A program made the translations under genes and the position numbers. A stretch of DNA of 64,000 nt from an uncultured Pseudomonadales bacterium (GTDB lineage: Bacteria; Patescibacteriota; Microgenomatia; UBA1400; PJMF01), in the NCBI GenBank assembly GCA_964607285.1, contig CAZSJW010000004.1:7063-71062 (forward strand). Direction: 5' to 3'. Of this stretch, positions 51,608-59,348 are shown one piece after another. The notes beneath the pieces are model-generated. The model made no database searches and was not told where the DNA came from. It was given only the letters and a program-made list of their open reading frames with translations. The stretch's first letter is position 1; the number at the start of each line of letters is the position of its first letter.

Positions 51608-51754
51608 AGACCACTATTGTAGCGGAAATGATGGAAATTGCTACTTCTCAAGCAGTTATGCTATTTTGATTCTTGAAAAAACCTCCTTCATGGATCTGTT
51701 TCGTCCAGTCCTGCATTGAAACAGTGTTTGCACTCATTGCTAAGTATGTCCTAT

Positions 51755-53788
51755 CTAGTCCAACTCCTGCCCGACCCAACCCTCCGGAATAACCCGTTCA
51801 AGCAATACAACTTCAGGATTATTCACCACTCGCAACCAATGTGGGATAGCTGACAACGTAGCTGAAAATGTGGCAGAGTTCATAAACACATCCTCCAAAA
51901 GCTCGCCCTTGCGCAACAACAGATGGGTGACTGTAAGGTCCTGTGCCAGCTCAGCCGATCTTGTGGGGTCCAAAGCAAGCATCCGATCAACAGCAACTTT
52001 TCGTGCCGCCGTATCTTGGTTATGGCTATCTAAAATTCCTACACCACCCAAGTACGTTCGCCGACCAGTAAAAAAGTATATGTAGGGAGTAACTTTTTCC
52101 AATACATGATTCGGGTGTGTTTGAAGGACCTCGCCAGCATACTGCCGATCAGCCATATATGTCAGTGCTTCCTCATGCGAAGCTGAAATGCTAAATCCAT
52201 CTGTTCCCCGTAAGTAGTTTTTAAAGTAAAAATACTGCATGAAACCCGTTTGCACCACTGTGACTGCCAACAACACGCCAACCCCAAACTGCACAAATCG
52301 CTGACCCCGCAGAGCTCCAAGCACTACAGCTGTAATTGGATTTAATATAGCAATCGCAACCACCATAAAGTTGAAGCTATTTGATCCACCAGAGGTTTGC
52401 AAAAAATTACTCCCAATGAGTGTGAAAACCAATGCTGGCACGAGGAGAAAAAGCAGTTCCTGTCCCGCTAGTTTCTGCCTCAATCGCGGAAATACTGCCA
52501 AAAAACCAAGTAGACGAAGATGGTAAATTGCAGCCGCAAAAATGCCAGCGGCTAATGAGTACCATACAACTAGCGCACGAGTATTTCCTGCAGCTTGGTA
52601 CACTTGCAACCTCAACCACCACTCATTCCAGTTGAGTTTTTGCACCCCAAGCAGTAGTTTTGGCCAGGTTAGAAAATCGAAAAACAAGCCACCTGCAGCA
52701 GCATTGGCTGGTAAATAAATGGCAGCACCCAAAACAGCAGTCACGACTCCCATAACTAAAAATGGTACAAGTGTCTTGCGCCATACAAATGGTTTTCGTA
52801 GTTCCAATGCTGCAGTCATCCCAGCAACTATCACCATCCCCAATCCAGCAGCTAAGCCAAAATACACCTTGAAACCTAACAAACATGCTGTGAGCACGCC
52901 GATGCAGAAGGCAGTCATCAAGCTCCGTTTCTGCCAAAACTCGTGCCATAGTAGTAGCACTGAAAAAAACACTAGTTTTGCAAATGCCTGCGGCGGATTG
53001 AGAAACTGCAGAACACCGTGATCTACAAATACCTCAAAAGGTTCTGGTGCGTTTCCACCCAGCACAATATCGATGAGCCAGGTCAGCTCGCCAGCGACAT
53101 AAAAAAGCACAAGCCCAAACACAACTGTGCGAGTATTTTTGCTCCAACCCTGTAGAAGAGCAGTCAGAACAAGCCCCATCCATGTTGCCAAAAAAAGTGG
53201 CACAAAGTGAAAATGCACGTGATTAAGTGGCAGTAGCCAAACGCGACTCAACTCCGCCACAACCAAGTTGGACAAATAATGGTAGTTGGTCACTACCATG
53301 CCAGCTGCACCTGGCTGATATGGAGGGACACTTTCTACCAAAGACCTACTTAATGAAAGATGGAAAATTCCGTCATAAATATTCACAAAGTAGTAGGTTG
53401 GACCAAGAGCTGTTCGCCAACCAGATCCCAACACCGGTACTAACTGCAAAAAAATTCCAAAAAAAAGCACTATCCAAACGACTCTCGGCCATTTTGGCGT
53501 CCAACGCAGTGGAAGTATCTCATGTCGCACTTTCCAGGCTAGAAAAGCAAATAGCAACAAAAGTGGGTACGTCATCCACCGCAGCTGCAACCATCCCAGC
53601 AAATACCCTTGCAATGCCCAGAAACAAATACCGAACACTGGTGCAAGCAAAAACTGGATTCGTTGGGAAAAACTTGTGTATCGTGCTAGTAACCAGCCAG
53701 GAACAAACCAAGAGATGCCGACTGCTACCAAAAACCAGATCAGCGATGCCCACCACTGCCACATCCAAATGCTATAAATCTCCCACAT
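51755..53788 (-). CDS. Large polytopic membrane protein (677 aa), putative GT-C-type glycosyltransferase; paralog of ORF 4439-6178
   Basis: 14+ TM helices and a C-terminal extracytoplasmic domain; shared motifs with 4439-6178. Confidence 0.5.
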   Translation of the reverse strand: MWEIYSIWMWQWWASLIWFLVAVGISWFVPGWLLARYTSFSQRIQFLLAPVFGICFWALQGYLLGWLQLRWMTYPLLLLFAFLAWKVRHEILPLRWTPKWPRVVWIVLFFGIFLQLVPVLGSGWRTALGPTYYFVNIYDGIFHLSLSRSLVESVPPYQPGAAGMVVTNYHYLSNLVVAELSRVWLLPLNHVHFHFVPLFLATWMGLVLTALLQGWSKNTRTVVFGLVLFYVAGELTWLIDIVLGGNAPEPFEVFVDHGVLQFLNPPQAFAKLVFFSVLLLWHEFWQKRSLMTAFCIGVLTACLLGFKVYFGLAAGLGMVIVAGMTAALELRKPFVWRKTLVPFLVMGVVTAVLGAAIYLPANAAAGGLFFDFLTWPKLLLGVQKLNWNEWWLRLQVYQAAGNTRALVVWYSLAAGIFAAAIYHLRLLGFLAVFPRLRQKLAGQELLFLLVPALVFTLIGSNFLQTSGGSNSFNFMVVAIAILNPITAVVLGALRGQRFVQFGVGVLLAVTVVQTGFMQYFYFKNYLRGTDGFSISASHEEALTYMADRQYAGEVLQTHPNHVLEKVTPYIYFFTGRRTYLGGVGILDSHNQDTAARKVAVDRMLALDPTRSAELAQDLTVTHLLLRKGELLEDVFMNSATFSATLSAIPHWLRVVNNPEVVLLERVIPEGWVGQELD

Positions 53789-53908
53789 GGATTGATTGTA
53801 TCATCAGGCTGACACACCTAAACGTACATATGGATCACTATTTGACTCACCTATTGTCTATACCGTATGCAATTTTTGTGCAGTTGTAGTAATCTTCTGC
53901 TTTTTCAA

Positions 53909-54358
53909 TTAATTCCGACCAAAAGCTGGTGAAAGCTTTACACAGAGATCGGCTTCTTCGTCTTTTTTATCAGTATCATCGATAGCCTCAGCCACTGCGC
54001 CCTCCAGGTTCAAATGTGTCGAAGAATCAATCACTATTCGTGTAGACTGATCAGATCCAATAACCAGTGCTGTTATTCCCTTTTCAGCGAGCAGATCCGT
54101 TGTACATTCAGGCATTTGCTCTTTACTAGCAACAGACCACTCATATAAAGCCCCTTCACCCCAACTTGGACTCATACCTGTGCCAATGCGTATACCCATA
54201 CCTTGCGTATCGTAGAAGATAGGACTAAACAATAAATACGTTATCCCATCCTGATGAATCACCATGCATCGCTCACCGCTTGCCCAACCCTGAGTATTTT
54301 GCTCACAAACATCAACAATCGCTTGCAATGTTATCACAGGTGGCAAGTTATCATACAC
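53909..54358 (-). CDS. Hypothetical protein
   Basis: ORF only. Confidence 0.35.
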   Translation of the reverse strand: MYDNLPPVITLQAIVDVCEQNTQGWASGERCMVIHQDGITYLLFSPIFYDTQGMGIRIGTGMSPSWGEGALYEWSVASKEQMPECTTDLLAEKGITALVIGSDQSTRIVIDSSTHLNLEGAVAEAIDDTDKKDEEADLCVKLSPAFGRN

Positions 54359-54498
54359 AAAGGCGCTTGAATTCGGTGTGGTATTATATTTTCAACAAGC
54401 TCACAGCCTATAAGCGAGAGAGCCAGCAGACTGCGACCAACGAATCTCTTTGTTCTTGTGTATCGTTCATTCGATCTCATAAGATTGTCATATACTTA

Positions 54499-55278
54499 TT
54501 ACTCCTCGAACTTTGCAAATATCTGCGCACAACTATTGCCCTTACATGCAATACAGGTGTGCGTGTAATTCGGCGATAGTATAGCAGCATGATGTACTCT
54601 AGAGCGCAACCACCAGCCAACTGCAGCTTCCTCAGTTCCAAAGTGGATCATGTTCTCCACAGCCTTATACGGTCTCTGACGAGCATAGAATCCAGCATGC
54701 ATGTTGTTAGTCACAAAGATCTCACTGTACAACTCAGGAGCACGCTCCTCAGCAGCCGAACACACCTTAGCACTAGCCAGCAACGCAGGAAGCTTGCGCT
54801 TAGCACGGTATGCATTGATCATTTCAAATAAGCGAGTAGGGTTTAAACCACTAATCAATTGACCAGCATCTGCCTGCTTCAGCTCGTTTGCAGCGTCAGT
54901 TTCAGCTGTCAGTGAACCTATGTGCTCATTGAAGAGAGCAGCAGTATTGTCAATAGTTTGGGCACCTGGAGCGGCCTCGGGGGCAACTTCTGGGATATCC
55001 ATAACAACAACTGGTTGCTTGTCTGTGTTTTTACTGACAGGGACAGCTGAAAAGCTAGCCATCTCAGTTTCAAAGATGTTGGCTGTATCACTTTGCTTAC
55101 AATCAGTTGAGACTGTGTTTGCGTCGGTGACACATGGCTGTGTAGCCTGTTTGAGATTTGCAACTCCCAAAGAAAGGCTGAGGGGAGCGGCGCTGACCGG
55201 TTGAGCGGTCTTGAGCAGTGTGACAGCAGCAATTGCCAAGGTGGCAAGAGTGCGTCGCACTGTGTTTTTTTGTTTCAT
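54499..55278 (-). CDS. Secreted CAP (SCP/PR-1-like) domain protein
   Basis: Signal peptide MKQKNTVRRTLATLAIAAVTLL..AAP and a C-terminal CAP core (NAYRAKRKL..ENMIHFG..HHAAIL..YTHTCIACKG). Confidence 0.55.
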   Translation of the reverse strand: MKQKNTVRRTLATLAIAAVTLLKTAQPVSAAPLSLSLGVANLKQATQPCVTDANTVSTDCKQSDTANIFETEMASFSAVPVSKNTDKQPVVVMDIPEVAPEAAPGAQTIDNTAALFNEHIGSLTAETDAANELKQADAGQLISGLNPTRLFEMINAYRAKRKLPALLASAKVCSAAEERAPELYSEIFVTNNMHAGFYARQRPYKAVENMIHFGTEEAAVGWWLRSRVHHAAILSPNYTHTCIACKGNSCAQIFAKFEE

Positions 55279-55452
55279 AACGGTCGTTATTATATCATTA
55301 TAACGCTGAAATGTCAATGTTATGGGATGTTATTAAACAAATAATCAAACACTCTTTAAAATTCGAAAACACCTATTTTCTCTCTGGTGAAATGAGAATA
55401 TGTTGAAATGCAAAGTACAACCAGCACCTCACATCTGCGACCAATTTGGGTA

Positions 55453-55974
55453 TTAGTTTTCGATTGCTAGCCAGTTAGCGCCAAATGTTTTTCCATCGTT
55501 TGTTACTGCGCGAATCTGAACCCCACTAGATTCCATTAAAAAAATATAGTCATCAGGATCTGGCAAGTTTTGCTTGGTAAAAGATGTATGTACAATGACA
55601 CGTCTTCCATCAGGTAAATAAACATTGCCTATGTCTACTGCCACCATACAGGTTTCGACATTAGTATCACCTACTTTTTCTCGTGTGACTGTAATGCCTT
55701 CTACATCCAGATCGCCTGAAAGAATCAGTATGCATAAGTCTTCTATTCGTTCAAACTCAAACTTTTCTTCTACATTTACCAGACCGTTTCCTTGGATTTC
55801 CTGATCAACTGTACTATCAGCTTCCGCATTACCTCCAACGCAACCCACACCGAGCAGCAAAATTAAACACGCCGCCCAAGGTCTTAGTGATGTAAAAATG
55901 TCTCTAAGCGAACCGCGAAGCAGCTCTAGCTTGGGAACTCGCAATTGTTTTTTTTCTTGAGAATTTATTTGCAT
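55453..55974 (-). CDS. Hypothetical secreted or membrane-anchored protein
   Basis: N-terminal hydrophobic segment followed by a soluble domain. Confidence 0.4.
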   Translation of the reverse strand: MQINSQEKKQLRVPKLELLRGSLRDIFTSLRPWAACLILLLGVGCVGGNAEADSTVDQEIQGNGLVNVEEKFEFERIEDLCILILSGDLDVEGITVTREKVGDTNVETCMVAVDIGNVYLPDGRRVIVHTSFTKQNLPDPDDYIFLMESSGVQIRAVTNDGKTFGANWLAIEN

Positions 55975-56052
55975 ATCTCCTTTTAGGTGATTTTTGCGAA
56001 TTATAAGCCACTAATATACTGTTGGCAAGTTGCCAATGAAGTCAGCTTTCCC

Positions 56053-56080
56053 TTGCAAACCAAGCTTTTTCCGCTATACT
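56053..56080 (+). promoter_or_regulatory. Sigma70-like promoter TTGCAA-16-TATACT driving the tyrA-tyrS leader
   Basis: Good -35 and -10 with 16-nt spacer; predicted TSS about 7 nt before the leader ATG. Confidence 0.4.
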
Positions 56081-56093
56081 TGTTTCGAACGAA

Positions 56094-56162
56094 ATGAAAA
56101 CCAAGCAACAAAACACCAGCTACTATTACACCTACTCCACACTCGTCGAGGCAGGTTTGTAA
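56094..56162 (+). CDS. Putative 22-aa Tyr-rich leader peptide MKTKQQNTSYYYTYSTLVEAGL
   Basis: ATG..TAA ORF with four Tyr codons in five consecutive codons (TAC TAT TAC ACC TAC), between the promoter and the terminator upstream of tyrA. Confidence 0.45.
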   Translation: MKTKQQNTSYYYTYSTLVEAGL

Positions 56163-56187
56163 GTACGCTCCCTATATAGTAAATAAC

Positions 56188-56213
56188 AACCTCCGCCGAG
56201 ACGGGGGTTTTTT
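56188..56213 (+). terminator. Intrinsic terminator/attenuator hairpin immediately upstream of tyrA
   Basis: AACCTCCG/CGGGGGTT stem with loop CCGAGA followed by TTTTTT; near-identical to the rplT terminator. Confidence 0.5.
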
Positions 56214-56245
56214 GCATCTCGAAAGTAATTCATACGAAAGCATCT

Positions 56246-57040
56246 ATGTCCAACACAAGTAAACACAACACCAGACTGGCAATTGTCGGCTTCGGTAAGT
56301 TTGGGCAACTTCTACATCACCTTTTTAGCCAAATACCATGGCTTGAGTTGGTAGTTGTTTCTGGCCAGAAGCTAAAACAACCGATTCACCAGATCTCCTA
56401 CTCAGAACTCGGTGCAGTTGACATTATCATACCCTGTGTGCCGATTCGAGCCTTTCGCCCGGTAGTTAAGCAAATTATGCCACACTGCAAACCTGGAGTA
56501 ACTATCCTTGATGTTTGCTCAGTCAAGGTTTTTCCTACGCAGATTCTCCTAGATCATGCAGCACTAGATACTTACCTTGTTACCTGCCACCCAATGTTCG
56601 GTTCGACAACGATTGCAGAACAAGGATCGGCTGAAGGGTTGCCAGTCACTATTTGGAATGTTCGCTCTTCCAAACATGCGTACTCCCAAGTTAAGCGAAT
56701 TTGGCAAGAACTGGCGGTGCGGCTAGTCGAAATCTCTCCAGAGGAGCACGACCAGCAAGCTGCGCGATCTCAGGCATATGCGCAGCTGATTGGCAAATTG
56801 GGAGCACGTATGCAGCTGAACGCTTCACCTCTGGACACAGTTTGGTTTACCCGGCTACTAGAAATTCAGTCTACAGTCGAGCAGAACACCCAAGAGCTAT
56901 TTATGGATACCCAGGTCTTTAACCCTTACGCCAAGCAGATGCGAGCAGAACTACAAACGAAGCTCGTGCAGCTCGAAACGGACATCCAAGCATTTGCCAC
57001 CACCCAAGTATCGAGTACAATACAGAAGGAGATCCTATGA
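56246..57040 (+). CDS. tyrA: Prephenate/arogenate dehydrogenase (TyrA family)
   Basis: N-terminal Rossmann AIVGFGKFG, CHPMFG, EEHD; stop overlaps the tyrS start (ATGA). Confidence 0.65.
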   Translation: MSNTSKHNTRLAIVGFGKFGQLLHHLFSQIPWLELVVVSGQKLKQPIHQISYSELGAVDIIIPCVPIRAFRPVVKQIMPHCKPGVTILDVCSVKVFPTQILLDHAALDTYLVTCHPMFGSTTIAEQGSAEGLPVTIWNVRSSKHAYSQVKRIWQELAVRLVEISPEEHDQQAARSQAYAQLIGKLGARMQLNASPLDTVWFTRLLEIQSTVEQNTQELFMDTQVFNPYAKQMRAELQTKLVQLETDIQAFATTQVSSTIQKEIL

Positions 57041-58941
57041 AATTCACAATATCCGAGTCAGTTTTTTCCCGTTTATCAAACTATACTGTTGGGGTGCTTA
57101 TTCTTGATGGGCTGAGTCAAAACGAGCATGATCAGGCTGCATTATCAGATTTGACGGCAAAACTGATCAACGAAGCCAAGCCACATTCATCAAGTGACGA
57201 ACGCATCACAGACTGGCAAACTGCTTTCAAAGCAGCTGGCGTATCTGGAGATGTCAAACCAGCCCATCAGACTCTACTCGAGCGTCTGCAGAAAACTGGC
57301 TCACTACCAAATGTTCTGCCGCTAGTAAATCTAACCAACGCACTTTCAGTCAAACATTTAGTCCCGATCGGAACACACACACTGGATATGCTCGATGGTG
57401 ACCTAGAGGCTCGACTCACTGAAAATTCGGATTCATTTATCCCCATAAACGCAACTCAAAGAGAGCAAATCCCTGCAGGCGAACTGGCTCTTACCTCCGA
57501 TAATACCATTTTAACCAGAAATCTAGTTTGGCGCCAAGGTGAGACTTCTAAAATCACCGACCACTCTCGATCTGTTGCTATACTTATTGATGCAGTCGGC
57601 TCACAGGCAGAAGAAGTAGTGCAAAAGGTTCTGAATGAGATCAAAACAGCAATTAGTGTTGTTTTTGGTATCACGGAAAGTAAGTCGTCTATTCTTTCCC
57701 TGTCAAACCCTGAGTTTTCCTGGACTGATACCAGCAATCCAGAGGAGAAAAAACAAAATCAAAAATTGCATTCCGTTCTCACCAGAGGAGTCTCCGAAGT
57801 TCTCCCCAGCAAAGATGGCCTGGCAGCCATCATGCATAAAAAGAAAATCCGAGTTTTCCTAGGCATTGACCCTACTGGCTCACTCCTAACCCTCGGCCAC
57901 AGCGTAGTTCTGCGTAAACTCCAGCAGTTTGCAGATCTGGGCCAGGAAGTAATCCTCCTCATCGGCAGCGGCACAGTCCGCATCGGTGACCCAACCGGCA
58001 AGGACTCCACCAGGCCAGAACTAACCGATGAGCAAATTCAAGCAAACTTCAAGAACTGGAAAGAGCAGGCCAGCAAGATCTTGGATTTCGACAAGATCAA
58101 AATAGTCTACAACGGTGACTGGCTTGATGAGCTCACCTACGCTGATCTGGTCAAGCTCATGGCAAAAACTACTGTTCAACAGCTTATCGAGCGAGATATG
58201 TTCCAAGATCGCCTCAAAAACGGCAAACCTATCTTTGGTCACGAGATCATGTACCCTTTACTCCAAGGCTACGACTCGGTACACATGGATGTAGACCTGG
58301 AAATTGGGGGTACTGACCAGACCTTCAACATGATGATGGGTCGCCACCTGCAAAAAGCCTACAACAACCACGAAAAATGGGTGCTAACTACCCCCATCAT
58401 CAACGGTACAGACGGCCGCAAGATGAGTAAGTCATACGGCAATTTTGTGGCAATCACAGAAGAGCCCAGGCAAATGTACGGCAAACTGATGTCGATTGCT
58501 GATGACATGATCCTAGAGTACTTCACACTTCTGACGGACACCCCAGAGACTGACCTTGCAACCATAGCGGCAAACATGGCTGCGGGGGACAATCCCATGG
58601 AGTTTAAAAAGCGCTTAGCCTTTACCATCACCGAGCAGTACCACACCACTGCTGCAGCAACCGACGCGGCTGAGTTTTTCACCAGCACTGTGCAAAATAA
58701 ATCAGTGCCAGATGATGTTCTAGAAGTACAGCTAGAGTCTTCAGATAAGACCGCTTTGGATGTGCTGAAACGGGCTGTTCCGGAGCGCAGTAATACTGAG
58801 TTACGACGGTTGGTAGAGCAGGGGGCTGTTACGATTTTGCCAGGTGATCAAAAAATTACGGACGCAACACAAGAGTTAGACATTGCGGATGGTACAGTCA
58901 TCAAAATTGGCAAGCGTAGGTTTGTCAAACTGCGTAAGTAA
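57037..58941 (+). CDS. tyrS: Tyrosine-tRNA ligase with an N-terminal B3/4 (PheT editing-domain-like) domain fusion
   Basis: Residues ~1-235 show the B3/4 pattern (LPNVLPLVNLTNALSVKHLVPIGTHTLDML.GDLEARL..); the C-terminal ~400 aa is TyrRS (GIDPTGSLLTLGH, KMSKS, S4-like C-terminus). Confidence 0.8.
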   Translation: MKFTISESVFSRLSNYTVGVLILDGLSQNEHDQAALSDLTAKLINEAKPHSSSDERITDWQTAFKAAGVSGDVKPAHQTLLERLQKTGSLPNVLPLVNLTNALSVKHLVPIGTHTLDMLDGDLEARLTENSDSFIPINATQREQIPAGELALTSDNTILTRNLVWRQGETSKITDHSRSVAILIDAVGSQAEEVVQKVLNEIKTAISVVFGITESKSSILSLSNPEFSWTDTSNPEEKKQNQKLHSVLTRGVSEVLPSKDGLAAIMHKKKIRVFLGIDPTGSLLTLGHSVVLRKLQQFADLGQEVILLIGSGTVRIGDPTGKDSTRPELTDEQIQANFKNWKEQASKILDFDKIKIVYNGDWLDELTYADLVKLMAKTTVQQLIERDMFQDRLKNGKPIFGHEIMYPLLQGYDSVHMDVDLEIGGTDQTFNMMMGRHLQKAYNNHEKWVLTTPIINGTDGRKMSKSYGNFVAITEEPRQMYGKLMSIADDMILEYFTLLTDTPETDLATIAANMAAGDNPMEFKKRLAFTITEQYHTTAAATDAAEFFTSTVQNKSVPDDVLEVQLESSDKTALDVLKRAVPERSNTELRRLVEQGAVTILPGDQKITDATQELDIADGTVIKIGKRRFVKLRK

Positions 58942-59106
58942 GTTGTACAATGCGCTCAAACACACAAACAAATATATGAAAAAAAGATTTCGCAAAGGAT
59001 TACTCACTGCATTTGTTATTATTGCTATAGTTGGACTCGTTTTGAGTACTTTCCTTGGCAGCTTACTACTGTTAGTATAATCACTTCGCCTAATACTATG
59101 GGCGGT

Positions 59107-59140
59107 TAGCAGAGCAAAGCTTTGTCTGCTAATTTTACCC
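59107..59140 (+). terminator. Putative rho-independent terminator after tyrS
   Basis: TAGCAGAGCAAAG/CTTTGTCTGCTA hairpin followed by a T-rich tract. Confidence 0.4.
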
Positions 59141-59202
59141 CGTTTGATTTTTTCCCGCTATATCGATATATTTTGGTTCTGTTAAATATAGTCTGAATAA
59201 TA

Positions 59203-59231
59203 TTGATTCCTTTGTGCGTAACAGATATAAC
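59203..59231 (+). promoter_or_regulatory. Sigma70-like promoter TTGATT-17-TATAAC upstream of recG
   Basis: Predicted TSS coincides with the start of the long inverted repeat. Confidence 0.35.
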
Positions 59232-59330
59232 TCTTTTTCTGAGTGTGTCCTCGTGCGTCCCTGAAGGCCCACTGAGCATGATCGCAAATGTGGGGACTTC
59301 ATTCCACGAGGACTCACTCAGAAAAAGAAG
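59231..59330 (+). repeat. 23-bp near-perfect inverted repeat (22/23) with a ~50-nt structured spacer in the recG 5' leader
   Basis: ctctttttctgagtgtgtcctcgtg ... cacgaggactcactcagaaaaag; an inner GTCCC/GGGAC stem extends it; ends 18 nt before the recG ATG. Confidence 0.6.
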
Positions 59331-59348
59331 CGAGGTATACTAATACAC

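Noticed and set aside
55975-56245. T-box riboswitch upstream of tyrA-tyrS
   Set aside because: No AGGGTGGNACCGCG T-box sequence and no recognisable Stem I specifier architecture. A Tyr-codon leader peptide explains the terminator better.
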